Counted from the stretch's first letter, positions 7,929 through 17,734 are shown. The stretch: 38,371 bases of DNA from Paludibacteraceae bacterium (GCA_017652785.1 JAGCAG010000066.1:1-38371), one strand, 5' to 3'. A program made the numbers and translations. Notes: generated from the sequence alone by a model not told the origin.

Positions 7929-10184
7929 ATGAGAAAAAAAAGAGTGTTGGTTGCTGCAATGCAACTTGCTGTGTGTGCCTCTGCTATGGCACAAGTGAAA
8001 ACCGATTCGGTGATGCGAAACGTTGATTTAGATGAAGTAACGGTTGTTTCCTCGCGTTTTGGTGCTGAACATTCGTTGAGTCGTACCTCGTTACTTGGAG
8101 GTGGACTTCAACAACAAAACATGGGCGAAAATTTGCCCTATTTGTTACAAAAAACTCCATCGCTTGTGGTGACTAGTGACGATGGTTTGGGTATGGGTTA
8201 CACCTATTTTCGGGTGCGAGGCACTGACCAAAGTCGCATCAATATGACTATCAATGGTGTTCCGCTCAATGATAGCGAAAGTCAGTCGGTGTTTTGGGTG
8301 AATATGACCGATATGGTAGGCAGTATGAGTAAAATGGATGTGCAACGTGGGGTTGGAACTTCAGTGAATGGTGCAGCGGCGTTTGGTGCTTCGGTAAATA
8401 TGCAAACCGAATTGGTGCATCAAAATCCTTATGCCGAAGTTGCTTTTAATGGTGGTAGTTACAACACATTTCGCGAAAGTGTGAAAGCGGGTACAGGATT
8501 GCTTAAACATGGTTTTTCTGTTGATGCTCGTTATTCTAAAGTGAATAGTAATGGTTATGTGGAACACAGTAATTCCGATTTACATTCTTACTTTGTTTCG
8601 GGTGCGTGGTATGGCGCAAAAACCATGGTGAAAGTTTTGACTTTTGGCGGAAAGGAGCGAACAGGAATTGCTTGGGACGGAATTTCTCCTACAATGTGGC
8701 GAGATAATCCACGTTACAACGGAGCAGGGGAGTATGTTGATGAAAAAGGGAAAATGCAGTATTACAAGAATAATACCGACAACTATTTTCAGCATCACTA
8801 TCAGGCGCATGTATCGCATATTTTTAATCAGAAATGGAGCTTAAATGCAGCATTGCACTACACGCGTGGCGATGGCTATACAGAGCAAGTAAAATATGCC
8901 AAACATAAGGATTATGCATTGCAAAATTATTTGGATGGCGATGGTAACGAGGTGGAGAAATCGAATCTTGTGCGAAGAAAATACCTATCGAACGATTTCT
9001 ATGGAGGAACAATCGGTGCGCATTTTTCGGCAAAATCGCTAAAAGTGGCTTTTGGGGCAGCGGCAAGCAATTATAATGGTATTCACTATGGGCAGGTGCT
9101 GAAGATGTTAGATGAGTCTTATCCAAATAGTGTAGAAAATTATGAATATTATCGAAATAGAGGAGATAAACTTGATGTTAATGCTTTTGTAAAAGCAAAT
9201 TGGGAGATTGTGAAAGGATTGAGCATTTATGGCGATTTGCAGTATCGTTTTGTCGATTATCGACTTTCGGGAGTGAATGATGAGGATTTGAACGAAATGT
9301 CGCTTCACGAGCAGTTTCATTTTTTTAACCCCAAAGCAGGTGTTTCGTATTCAAACAAAGGTCATAATGTTTATGCTACTTTTGCAATGGCTAACCGTGA
9401 GCCGACTCGAAAAAACTACACAGAATGTGGACCCAACGACCAACCTCGTCATGAAACTCTTTACGATTATGAAGTGGGTTACTCCTATTCGCATAAAATT
9501 TTCAGCATTGGTGCCAATCTCTACTTTATGGATTACGACAATCAGCTTGTGCTTACGGGGAAACTCTCAGATACGGGAGCTGCTCTTACTCGCAATGTAA
9601 AAAATAGTTATCGGATGGGAGTGGAACTTTTGGCTGGAGTGCAAATTGCAAAATGTTTGCGCTGGGATGCCAACTTGACGTTGAGTAGAAACAAAATTTT
9701 GAACTATACGGACTGGGTGGACGACTGGTATGCCGACTGGAGCGACCCAAGTGTGATTGCCTCGTCGGGACAGGTGGAGATAAACTACGGCACTACCGAT
9801 ATTGCTTTTTCGCCGAGCATTCTTGTGGGTAGCACGTTTAACTTCGACTTGAAAGGTTTTTCGGCTATGCTGCAAACCAATTTTGTAGGAAGCCAGTATT
9901 TGGATAATACGATGAACAATGCCTCAAAACTTCCTGCTTATTGCGTTAGCAATTTGGGTTTGGCGTACTGTCTACCGCTGAAAAAGGTGGTAAAAGACAT
10001 TACGTTTCGCATTCAGATGAACAACTTGTTTAATGCGAAATACGTTTCCAATGGTTGGAGTTACAGCTACTTTGAAGGTGGTGATGCTGATGGTAATTTT
10101 ACTCGTGAGAATCAGAAGTACGAAGTGGGTTATTATGCCCAAGCACCATTCAATATTCATGCTGGATTTGTGGTGAGGTTTTGA
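7929..10184 (+). CDS. TonB-dependent receptor, presumably for a thiamine-related substrate (riboswitch-controlled)
   Basis: 751 aa with a signal peptide, a plug region (YFRVRGTDQSRINMTINGVPLND) and a beta-barrel ending in an aromatic residue (..GFVVRF). The substrate inference rests only on the upstream TPP riboswitch. Confidence 0.85.
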   Translation: MRKKRVLVAAMQLAVCASAMAQVKTDSVMRNVDLDEVTVVSSRFGAEHSLSRTSLLGGGLQQQNMGENLPYLLQKTPSLVVTSDDGLGMGYTYFRVRGTDQSRINMTINGVPLNDSESQSVFWVNMTDMVGSMSKMDVQRGVGTSVNGAAAFGASVNMQTELVHQNPYAEVAFNGGSYNTFRESVKAGTGLLKHGFSVDARYSKVNSNGYVEHSNSDLHSYFVSGAWYGAKTMVKVLTFGGKERTGIAWDGISPTMWRDNPRYNGAGEYVDEKGKMQYYKNNTDNYFQHHYQAHVSHIFNQKWSLNAALHYTRGDGYTEQVKYAKHKDYALQNYLDGDGNEVEKSNLVRRKYLSNDFYGGTIGAHFSAKSLKVAFGAAASNYNGIHYGQVLKMLDESYPNSVENYEYYRNRGDKLDVNAFVKANWEIVKGLSIYGDLQYRFVDYRLSGVNDEDLNEMSLHEQFHFFNPKAGVSYSNKGHNVYATFAMANREPTRKNYTECGPNDQPRHETLYDYEVGYSYSHKIFSIGANLYFMDYDNQLVLTGKLSDTGAALTRNVKNSYRMGVELLAGVQIAKCLRWDANLTLSRNKILNYTDWVDDWYADWSDPSVIASSGQVEINYGTTDIAFSPSILVGSTFNFDLKGFSAMLQTNFVGSQYLDNTMNNASKLPAYCVSNLGLAYCLPLKKVVKDITFRIQMNNLFNAKYVSNGWSYSYFEGGDADGNFTRENQKYEVGYYAQAPFNIHAGFVVRF

Positions 10185-10216
10185 CGGATTTTTTAGAAAG
10201 AAAGTTTTACTTAAAT

Positions 10217-10243
10217 AAAGAAGAGGAGATTCTCCTCTTCTTT
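10217..10243. terminator. Hairpin between the convergent TonB receptor and cinA genes (AAAGAAGAGGAG att CTCCTCTTCTTT)
   Basis: A perfect 12-bp inverted repeat whose stem ends in T/A runs. The loop is only 3 nt, so the terminal pairs probably open. Confidence 0.45.
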
Positions 10244-10315
10244 ATCATAGTTAATACCAAAGTTTTAAACAAATCTTTTTTAATAGAAAAAAAGATTTTA
10301 GGTCACCAAACTTTT

Positions 10316-11554
10316 TTAGGACAGAAGTTTGGTTTGTAGCCATCGCAGAGCTTGGTAAGAGGCACGTCGCACTACACGCTCTCTGCCATCGCCAAACGAG
10401 AAACAGCGTGCTTCCACGCCTTGTTCTTCGGCTACGGCTATCCACACCGTGCCTACGGGTTTCTCCAATGTGCCACCATCGGGTCCTGCTATGCCCGTTG
10501 TAGCAACAGCATAATCCGCTCCAAAGCGTTCTCTTGCTCCACGAGCCATCTCCTCAGCCGTCTGTTGGCTTACCGCACCATACTGCTCAAGCGTAGAGTG
10601 CAACACGCCAAGATGTTGCTCTTTCGCCTCGTTGGCATACGCTACTATGCCACCTATATAGTAAGCTGAGGCGCCAGATACGCTAGTTAGAAGTCGGGCA
10701 ATATTGCCTCCTGTACAACTCTCCGCCGTAACGAGAGTTTTTCGTTGTTTGGCAAGCAACTGTCCAACAATAGATTCAAGCGTATCCTCATCGTAACCAA
10801 AAATATACTCACCCACTAGAGTTTGTAGTTTTTTTACTTCGTCGGTCACTTGCTTTTCAAGACGGATTTTATTGTCGCCATAGGCACTGAGTCGCAAACG
10901 AACCATTCCGTCTTTTGGTAAATAGGCAAGATGGATGTTTTTTGGTAAAGAGAGTTCCCATTGTTCTATTTTGTCGGAGAGAAACGACTCGCCAATGCCA
11001 AACGTCCAAATATTTTTATGATAAATACTTTCCACTCCGAACCGTTTACACAAAAGCGGCACAACCTCCTCGTGCATCAAACCTTGCATTTCGGCAGGTA
11101 CACCCGGGAGCGAAACTACAACTTTTCCATCTTTTTCAAACCACATTCCAGGAGCTGTTCCCCACTTGTTGATCAATACTTGGCAGCAGGCAGGCACGAG
11201 GGCTTGTGCTTCATTGAGTGAGGTCATTGGGTAATTGCGTTTGGAGAAAATCTGTTGCACGTTCTCAAGCGAGGCTTCGTGTAGCACCAATGTTGAACCG
11301 AAAAACTCACAGAGTGTATGCTTAGTGATATCATCTTTGGTAGGACCTAGACCTCCAGTAATAATCACAGCATCGGTTGATTTGAGTGCTTCTTGCAGGG
11401 TGAGTTTTATTTCATCTGCGTTGTCAGCAATGGTAAAAACACGCTTTACACGCATTCCGTTGTCGTTCAGATAGGCGGCCATCCACGAGGCGTTGGTGTT
11501 CACCACTTGCCCAATAAGCAGTTCGTCGCCAATGTTTATCAGATTAATGTTCAT
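10316..11554 (-). CDS. cinA: CinA family protein (MoCF-like N-domain plus PncC-type NMN deamidase C-domain)
   Basis: 412 aa. The N-terminus is INIGDELLIGQVVNTNASWMA...ITGGLGPTKDD and the C-domain is AESCTGGNIA...TGIAGPDGG. Confidence 0.85.
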   Translation of the reverse strand: MNINLINIGDELLIGQVVNTNASWMAAYLNDNGMRVKRVFTIADNADEIKLTLQEALKSTDAVIITGGLGPTKDDITKHTLCEFFGSTLVLHEASLENVQQIFSKRNYPMTSLNEAQALVPACCQVLINKWGTAPGMWFEKDGKVVVSLPGVPAEMQGLMHEEVVPLLCKRFGVESIYHKNIWTFGIGESFLSDKIEQWELSLPKNIHLAYLPKDGMVRLRLSAYGDNKIRLEKQVTDEVKKLQTLVGEYIFGYDEDTLESIVGQLLAKQRKTLVTAESCTGGNIARLLTSVSGASAYYIGGIVAYANEAKEQHLGVLHSTLEQYGAVSQQTAEEMARGARERFGADYAVATTGIAGPDGGTLEKPVGTVWIAVAEEQGVEARCFSFGDGRERVVRRASYQALRWLQTKLLS

Positions 11555-13458
11555 GGTTTATAATATTTCATTGATTCATCTTGTGCAACTATTCCGTTAT
11601 CCACCAAATGGCGCAAAACAGACAGAACAGGTTGCTCTTTTTGCTCTGTCGTGGCAACCAATGTTCTTAGATCGAGGTGATGGTTGCCAAGAGCTTCGAG
11701 TATTTTTTTTGTAGTTTTTTCAAAAAAAGAGTCACTAAGATGTTGTTTAGAATCTAAACAAACATCGCAACAGCCGCAGTTGGTGGTGTTTTTCTCACCA
11801 AAATAGTCGAGTAGCAAACGACTTCGGCAAAACTCTTTCGATTGTGCATAATCGAGCATTGCCGAAATACGCTTTTCAAATCGTTCCTTACGTTCTTCGT
11901 ACACAGACTTAGGGATAACTATATATTTCAACGGCTGACGATCTTTGGTAAAAACGATAAATGGTGTTTTCTTGAATGGTATATATTTTACAACTCCTAT
12001 TTTGGAGAGAAAAACGAGTTTTTCGTAAATGGTTTCTCTGTCAATTTTAGTTCGTTCGGAAAGAAGATTTTCGCTAATATGCACTGAGTCGGCAAACAAT
12101 CCAGAATAGGAACGCAACAAACATTGCAAAATCAAATCGCTCTGGGCATCCAATGAATGAAGTTGATAAAGGTCTTCTTTCTGAAGAAGAATCTTTAATT
12201 TCGACGGATTGTCAATTTCTTCGGTAAGTTCCAAATATCCAGACAGTTCCAATATTTTCAATGCACTAAATGTTGGATTTATCGGTAAATGAAATTTTGT
12301 GCAAAATTCTTGTAGATTGAAAGCATATACACCATTTTCGCCAAATCCGTTGGCAATTTCAAGAAAGCAACACAATTTTTCGTACACATCAAAAATTCGC
12401 TCTTTTTGAGGGAAAGAGTCGGAAATTCTTTTTTTTAGACGAGTTGCATCCGTATTGTTGAAAAGCAATACAGCAAAGGCTTTTTTTTCGTCGCGCCCAG
12501 CCCGACCAGCTTCCTGAAAGTAGGCCTCAATAGAATCGGGCAAGTCCATATGAACTACTGAACGAACATCTGCTTTATCAATACCCATTCCAAAGGCATT
12601 GGTTGCTACAATGACACGACAACGGCCCTCTTTCCAAGCTTGCTGACGTTGGTCTTTTTCCTCATCAGAAAGACCTGCATGAAAATAATCGGATGAGATG
12701 GTGTTTTGATTCAGAAAATCAGATATTTCCTTTGTTTTTTTACGATTTCGCACATAAACTACCGAACTGCCTCTTACTTTTTGTAAAATGTGTAACAATT
12801 GAGAAAGTTTGTCTTCTGAATGTCGCACAACATAAGCCAAGTTTTGTCGTTCAAAACTTTTTTTAAAGATATTTTTTGCAGAAAAATTTAGTTTTTCTTG
12901 AATATCGTCCACCACTTCTGGTGTTGCAGTAGCCGTAAGAGCCAAAATAGGAACTTTGGGAAGAAGTTCTCTGATACGTACAATTTGCAAGTACGATGGA
13001 CGAAAATCATAACCCCACTGAGAGATGCAATGCGACTCATCAACTGCAATAAGGCATACCTTTAGCGACGTAATACGTTTTACGAACAAGTCCGTTGTAA
13101 TTCGCTCTGGAGATATGTAAAGGAATTTGTAATTACCATAAAGGCAATTGTCAAAGGTTTGAATGATTTCGTTTCGGTTCATTGCCGAGTAGATCATTGC
13201 TGCTTTAATTCCTTTTTGTCGAAGATTCGCAACCTGATCTTTCATCAATGCGACAAGAGGAGTAATCACGATACAAATACCATCCATTGCCATGGTGGGT
13301 ACTTGAAAAGTAAGCGATTTTCCACCGCCTGTTGGCATAAGGCCAAGCGTATCTTTTCCACTTGCTACCGAAGCAATAATGTCGCCTTGCAAAGGACGAA
13401 ATGAACTATAACCCCAGTATTTTTGTAATATTTCTACATGGTCTTGCACGAGGAACAA
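11551..13458 (-). CDS. recQ: ATP-dependent DNA helicase RecQ
   Basis: Contains LQKYWGYSSFRPLQGDII, the Walker A motif MPTGGGKS, DESH, and zinc-finger cysteines (CGCCDVC). Its stop overlaps the cinA start (ATGA, 11551-11554). The ORF-track start 13458 is TTG, and an in-frame GTG at 13449 is an alternative. A TACCTTTG box at 13456-13463 overlaps the TTG, so the true start is uncertain. Confidence 0.88.
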   Translation of the reverse strand: MFLVQDHVEILQKYWGYSSFRPLQGDIIASVASGKDTLGLMPTGGGKSLTFQVPTMAMDGICIVITPLVALMKDQVANLRQKGIKAAMIYSAMNRNEIIQTFDNCLYGNYKFLYISPERITTDLFVKRITSLKVCLIAVDESHCISQWGYDFRPSYLQIVRIRELLPKVPILALTATATPEVVDDIQEKLNFSAKNIFKKSFERQNLAYVVRHSEDKLSQLLHILQKVRGSSVVYVRNRKKTKEISDFLNQNTISSDYFHAGLSDEEKDQRQQAWKEGRCRVIVATNAFGMGIDKADVRSVVHMDLPDSIEAYFQEAGRAGRDEKKAFAVLLFNNTDATRLKKRISDSFPQKERIFDVYEKLCCFLEIANGFGENGVYAFNLQEFCTKFHLPINPTFSALKILELSGYLELTEEIDNPSKLKILLQKEDLYQLHSLDAQSDLILQCLLRSYSGLFADSVHISENLLSERTKIDRETIYEKLVFLSKIGVVKYIPFKKTPFIVFTKDRQPLKYIVIPKSVYEERKERFEKRISAMLDYAQSKEFCRSRLLLDYFGEKNTTNCGCCDVCLDSKQHLSDSFFEKTTKKILEALGNHHLDLRTLVATTEQKEQPVLSVLRHLVDNGIVAQDESMKYYKP

Positions 13459-13480
13459 AGGTAGAAAAACATTGTCAATT

Positions 13481-13528
13481 TAAAATAAAAAATAATGACG
13501 TTTGTACCTTAACGGCGCAAACGTCATT
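13481..13528 (-). terminator. Intrinsic terminator after hisF
   Basis: A perfect 11-bp inverted repeat AATGACGTTTG / CAAACGTCATT (13494-13504 / 13518-13528). On the - strand it is followed by ATTTTTTATTTT. It starts 28 nt beyond the hisF stop. Confidence 0.6.
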
Positions 13529-13555
13529 TGACTAATCTTACGTGGTATTTCCTAA

Positions 13556-14311
13556 TTAAAATCTCATATCAACTCCGTTTTCTGCTAAGAATTTTTTAAG
13601 TGTAGGAATTTCGATTTCTTTGTAATGAAAAACACTTGCTGCCAAAGCTGCATCGGCTTTTCCTTGTTCAAAGGCATCTAAAAAATGTTGCATGTTTCCT
13701 GCTCCACCACTAGCAATAACAGGTACTGAAACGGCTTCAGAAATTTCGCGCGTAATGTCATTGGCAAAACCATCTTTTGTTCCATCGTGATTCATTGAGG
13801 TTAAAAGAATTTCTCCAGCACCAAGTTCAACTGCTTGTTTTGCCCAATCAAGCGCACGAAGTTCGGTTTTGATTCGTCCTCCGTTGAGGTACACAAACCA
13901 TTCGTTATCTTCAAACTTTACATCAATGGCAATCACCACACACTGAGAGCCGAACTGTTTGGCTAGGTCAGTGATAAGTTGAGGATTGCGTACAGCTGCC
14001 GAATTTATTGATATTTTATCAGCGCCTTTTTGTAATAACAATTCTACATCTTCAACACTAGAAATTCCTCCACCAACAGTGAATGGGATATTGATGTTTT
14101 CTGCTACTCGTTGCACCAAATCTACCAAAGTTTTACGTTTTTCGTGAGTAGCGGTAATATCCAAAAATACTAATTCATCGGCACCTTGGGCTGCATAATA
14201 AGCTCCTAACTCAACTGGGTCTCCCACATTTTTCAGCCCAACAAAATTGATGCCTTTTACAGTTTTCCCGTCTTTTACGTCTAGACAAGGAATAATACGT
14301 TTTGCTAACAT
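13556..14311 (-). CDS. hisF: Imidazole glycerol phosphate synthase, cyclase subunit
   Basis: 251 aa. [45 protein letters not shown] is the canonical HisF signature, not the WbuZ-type paralogue. Confidence 0.93.
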   Translation of the reverse strand: MLAKRIIPCLDVKDGKTVKGINFVGLKNVGDPVELGAYYAAQGADELVFLDITATHEKRKTLVDLVQRVAENINIPFTVGGGISSVEDVELLLQKGADKISINSAAVRNPQLITDLAKQFGSQCVVIAIDVKFEDNEWFVYLNGGRIKTELRALDWAKQAVELGAGEILLTSMNHDGTKDGFANDITREISEAVSVPVIASGGAGNMQHFLDAFEQGKADAALAASVFHYKEIEIPTLKKFLAENGVDMRF

Positions 14312-14314
14312 TTC

Positions 14315-14899
14315 TTATAATCTAATAAAATTTTCCAACAATCGCTGTCCAACTTTGCCCGACTTTTCGGGATGAAACTGTACAGCATAAAAATTATCTT
14401 TCTGAAGTGCCGAACTATAATCAACACCATAATGCGTTGTGGCTATTGCATGTTGCGAAGTTTCAACAAAATAACTGTGTACAAAATAGAAATAATCGTT
14501 CTCTGCAATTCCATCAAAAAGCAACGACTTTATTCTTGCCACCGAATTCCAACCTATTTGAGGAACTTTTAGCGTAGGTGTTTCAAATAACCGAACTTTT
14601 TCGGAAAAAATGCCTAAGCAGTTTGTTGAATTTTCTTCGGAAAAAGAACACATCAATTGCATTCCTAAACAAATGCCCAAAACCGGTTGTCGAAGAGAAA
14701 TCAACAATTGGTCTAAATTGCGACTTTGCAAGTAATGCATTGCCGAAGAAGCCTCGCCAACTCCAGGGAAAATGACTTTATCTGCCGAAATTAATTCTTC
14801 AGAATTATCAGTAACAATAGGATTGATTCCGATACGTTGCAATGCGTAACTCACCGAACAAACATTTCCTGCATTGTATTTTACGATGGCTACTTTCAC
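14315..14899 (-). CDS. hisH: Imidazole glycerol phosphate synthase, glutamine amidotransferase subunit
   Basis: 194 aa with a GTG start. Contains YNAGNVCSV, the nucleophile elbow GICLGMQL and FHPEKSG. Only 3 nt separate it from hisF. Confidence 0.9.
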   Translation of the reverse strand: MKVAIVKYNAGNVCSVSYALQRIGINPIVTDNSEELISADKVIFPGVGEASSAMHYLQSRNLDQLLISLRQPVLGICLGMQLMCSFSEENSTNCLGIFSEKVRLFETPTLKVPQIGWNSVARIKSLLFDGIAENDYFYFVHSYFVETSQHAIATTHYGVDYSSALQKDNFYAVQFHPEKSGKVGQRLLENFIRL

Positions 14900-14908
14900 A
14901 AGGAGAAA

Positions 14909-15451
14909 TTAAATTTCGTGAATGATGTCCATTCCTATTTGGATGGCTTGTTCGTTGAGAGGTAGTAACTTATGATGGCGTTCTGGCAAGGTTTTCTTCA
15001 ATCCAAGCATTACGTTTTCAAGTTTAACCACAGGAACAATTTTGAGCAAGCCTCCTAGAACAATCATATTGAATGTTTTTGGAGAATTTGCTTTTTGCGC
15101 AGCTTCCATAGCATCTATTTGATAAACCTTGATATCTTTTCTCTCTGGGAATCGAGAGATACCATTGCTATCTAGAATAATTATTCCTCCAGGTTTTATT
15201 TTTGGTTCGAACTTATCTAACGAAGGTTGGTTGAGTAAAATTGCAACATCGTATGAAGTTAGAATAGGAGAACTTATTCTTTCATCGCTCAAAATTACGG
15301 TTACATTGGCAGTTCCACCACGTTGTTCGGGACCATATGATGGCATCCAAGTTACTTCCTTTCCCTGAAGTAAACCAGAATAGGCCAAGATTTTTCCCAT
15401 AGAAAGAACTCCTTGTCCTCCAAAACCTGCTATAATAATTTCTTTTTTCAT
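14909..15451 (-). CDS. 2-oxoacid:ferredoxin oxidoreductase gamma subunit
   Basis: 180 aa. IIIAGFGGQGVLSMGKILA is typical of the POR/KOR gamma subunit. An AAGGAG motif lies 8 nt upstream (15460-15465, - strand). Confidence 0.85.
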   Translation of the reverse strand: MKKEIIIAGFGGQGVLSMGKILAYSGLLQGKEVTWMPSYGPEQRGGTANVTVILSDERISSPILTSYDVAILLNQPSLDKFEPKIKPGGIIILDSNGISRFPERKDIKVYQIDAMEAAQKANSPKTFNMIVLGGLLKIVPVVKLENVMLGLKKTLPERHHKLLPLNEQAIQIGMDIIHEI

Positions 15452-15468
15452 CTCTTTCTCTCCTTAAT

Positions 15469-16230
15469 TTATTTGTCTTTCAAATCGCCCAATGGATATT
15501 TTTTGAACATATTTTCTTCCATCCACATGTTAGCTTGATGAGGTGTCATTTTCCAACCTGAATTACAAGTAGAAACAAATTCTACAACAGAAGTTCCTTT
15601 TTTAGCCATAGCATTTTCAAATGCTTTACGAATAGCTTTCTTAGATTTACGAATAGCAGGAACTGTATGTACACTTTGACGTGTTACGTAGCAAGTTCCA
15701 TCTAATTGGGCCAATAAGTCGGATATTTTTAGGGGAAAACCATTAAGTTTTACATCTCTTCCGTAAGGGCAAGTTGCAGTTTTCATCCCTTCCAAAGTAG
15801 TCGGAGCCATCTGGCCTCCTGTCATTCCGTAGATTGCATTATTGATGAAGAAAATGACAATGTTTTCACCACGATTACAAGCATGGATGGTTTCAGCAGT
15901 ACCAATTGCAGCAAGATCTCCATCTCCTTGATAGGTAAATACGCAATTTTCTGGCAACAAACGACTAATTGCAGTAGCAATAGCAGGCGCACGACCGTGA
16001 GCTGCTTCTTGCCAATCAATATCCAAATAGTTGTAAGCGAAAACTGCACAACCAACAGGAGCAATGCCAATTACAGTTTCTTTTATTCCCATTTCTTCAA
16101 TCACTTCTCCGATAAGTTTATGTACTACACCATGACTACAACCTGGACAATAGTGCATGTTTCTATCGTTCATTATCGAAGTTTTCGTGTAAACCAAATT
16201 TTCTGGTTTTATTATATCTTGTGTTGTCAT
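15469..16230 (-). CDS. 2-oxoacid:ferredoxin oxidoreductase beta subunit (TPP-binding)
   Basis: 253 aa. The N-terminal CPGCSHG and the GDGD...NN..YGMTGGQ TPP motif are present. Confidence 0.9.
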   Translation of the reverse strand: MTTQDIIKPENLVYTKTSIMNDRNMHYCPGCSHGVVHKLIGEVIEEMGIKETVIGIAPVGCAVFAYNYLDIDWQEAAHGRAPAIATAISRLLPENCVFTYQGDGDLAAIGTAETIHACNRGENIVIFFINNAIYGMTGGQMAPTTLEGMKTATCPYGRDVKLNGFPLKISDLLAQLDGTCYVTRQSVHTVPAIRKSKKAIRKAFENAMAKKGTSVVEFVSTCNSGWKMTPHQANMWMEENMFKKYPLGDLKDK

Positions 16231-16242
16231 ACGTTCTCTTTT

Positions 16243-17322
16243 TTATTTAACTAATTGCTTTTTCAATTGTTCTAAAACTTCTTCTGGAGTTGGAACAACA
16301 CCACCCATACGTCCGTAGAACTCAACAGGAATTGAACCATTTACAGCTAAACGAACATCTTCAACCATTTGTCCTGCACTTAGCTCTACTGTTAATATGC
16401 CTTTTGCTTTTTTTGCCAATTCTTGAATCTTTAACGTTGGAAATGGATAAAGTGTAATTGGGCGAAGAACTCCGATTTTCAATCCTTCCTTACGTCCAAT
16501 TTCCATCGCACTCATACAAACACGAGCAATTGAACCAAAAGCAATAAGTACAAAGTCTGCATCGTCGCAATTTACGGCTTCAAATCGTACTTCATTTTCA
16601 CAGATTTCTTTATACTTGGCTTGTAAGCGTAAATTTGTTCGTTCCATTTCTTCTGCTTCCAATGCCAACGAAGTTGTTACATTGCGTTCGCGATTATCTG
16701 GTTTGCCTAACGTTGCCCAAGGACATTGTTGACGAATTTCATCGTTAGTTCGACGAGGACGATAAGGTGGCAGAATTACTTTTTCCATCATTTGGCCAAT
16801 AATTCCGTCTGCAATGATCATTGAAGGAGTTCTGTATTTGAAAGCCAAATCAAAACCTAAAGCAACAAAATCAGCCATTTCTTGCACCGAAGAAGGAGCT
16901 AAAACTATTAGACGATAATCTCCATGACCACCACCTTTTACTGCTTGGAAATAGTCGGCTTGACTAGGTTGAATAGTTCCTAATCCAGGACCTCCACGCA
17001 TTACGTTTACAATCAAACAAGGCAATTCTGCACAAGCAATATAAGAAATGCCCTCTTGTTTTAAACTTACTCCTGGACTCGAAGAGGATGTCATTACACT
17101 TTTTCCACAACCTGCTCCTCCGTAAACCATATTAATTGCAGAAACTTCGCTTTCTGCTTGCAAAACTACCATTCCTGTTGTTTTCCAAGGTTGAAGTTCC
17201 ATAAGTGTTTCCATAATCTCCGATTGAGGAGTAATAGGATAGCCAAAATAACCATCGCAACCATAACGAATGGCAGCTTCGGCAATGGCCTCATTTCCTT
17301 TCATCAATCTTATTTCTTCCAT
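16243..17322 (-). CDS. 2-oxoacid:ferredoxin oxidoreductase alpha subunit (KorA/VorB-like)
   Basis: 359 aa. MKGNEAIAEAAIRYGCDGYFGYPITPQSE is the typical alpha-subunit N-terminus. Substrate (2-oxoglutarate versus branched-chain 2-oxoacids) cannot be assigned from sequence by eye. Confidence 0.88.
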   Translation of the reverse strand: MEEIRLMKGNEAIAEAAIRYGCDGYFGYPITPQSEIMETLMELQPWKTTGMVVLQAESEVSAINMVYGGAGCGKSVMTSSSSPGVSLKQEGISYIACAELPCLIVNVMRGGPGLGTIQPSQADYFQAVKGGGHGDYRLIVLAPSSVQEMADFVALGFDLAFKYRTPSMIIADGIIGQMMEKVILPPYRPRRTNDEIRQQCPWATLGKPDNRERNVTTSLALEAEEMERTNLRLQAKYKEICENEVRFEAVNCDDADFVLIAFGSIARVCMSAMEIGRKEGLKIGVLRPITLYPFPTLKIQELAKKAKGILTVELSAGQMVEDVRLAVNGSIPVEFYGRMGGVVPTPEEVLEQLKKQLVK

Positions 17323-17326
17323 ACGC

Positions 17327-17551
17327 CTAAATTTTTACCTTATAAACTGAAATACAAGCATCTGGGCAAACATAGCCACACGATGCACAACCAATACAAG
17401 CATCTTCATTTTGCATATACACAAAATTGTACCCTTTTGTATTTACCTCTTTCGACATACCTAAAACATCCGAAGGACATGCTTCTATACATAAGGCACA
17501 ACCTTTGCAACGCTCGGTATTTACTACAACAGCACCTTTAATTTTTGCCAT
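17327..17551 (-). CDS. 4Fe-4S dicluster ferredoxin (delta subunit of the oxidoreductase)
   Basis: 74 aa with two CxxCxxCxxxCP motifs (CKGCALCIEACP, CIGCASCGYVCP). It is the first gene of the cluster. Confidence 0.85.
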   Translation of the reverse strand: MAKIKGAVVVNTERCKGCALCIEACPSDVLGMSKEVNTKGYNFVYMQNEDACIGCASCGYVCPDACISVYKVKI

Positions 17552-17589
17552 TTTTATATATCTTTTATAGTTATTTTTAAAATAATTCG

Positions 17590-17597
17590 CAAAGGTA
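17590..17597 (-). promoter_or_regulatory. -7 box TACCTTTG (- strand) for the oxidoreductase-hisHF transcription unit
   Basis: The reverse complement of caaaggta matches TAnnTTTG, 38 nt upstream of the start at 17551. Confidence 0.4.
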
Positions 17598-17734
17598 ATA
17601 CTTTTTTTTTATTACGAGTTTGTCTGTTTCTTTTTAATGTGAAAAAGCAATATCTATTTTTTTCTTTTTTTTTGATGTTCGCTATAAAAAAAAGTTTTTT
17701 TGAGAAACTTGTTGCACAATTAAAAATTAGATAT

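Noticed and set aside
10271-10298. An AT-only 10-bp inverted repeat AAATCTTTTT / AAAAAGATTT downstream of cinA.
   Set aside because: A pure A/T stem has marginal stability. The neighbouring GC-containing hairpin (10217-10243) is the better terminator candidate.
10316-13458. A sharp G+C drop between cinA and the translationally coupled recQ. My hand counts are 36/60 for 10441-10500 in cinA and 21/60 for 12181-12240 in recQ. This could hint at horizontal acquisition.
   Set aside because: The GC-rich part encodes the Ala/Gly-rich PncC domain, so amino-acid composition explains much of the shift. Both are core genes, their stop and start overlap (ATGA), and there are no mobility genes or repeats at the junction.
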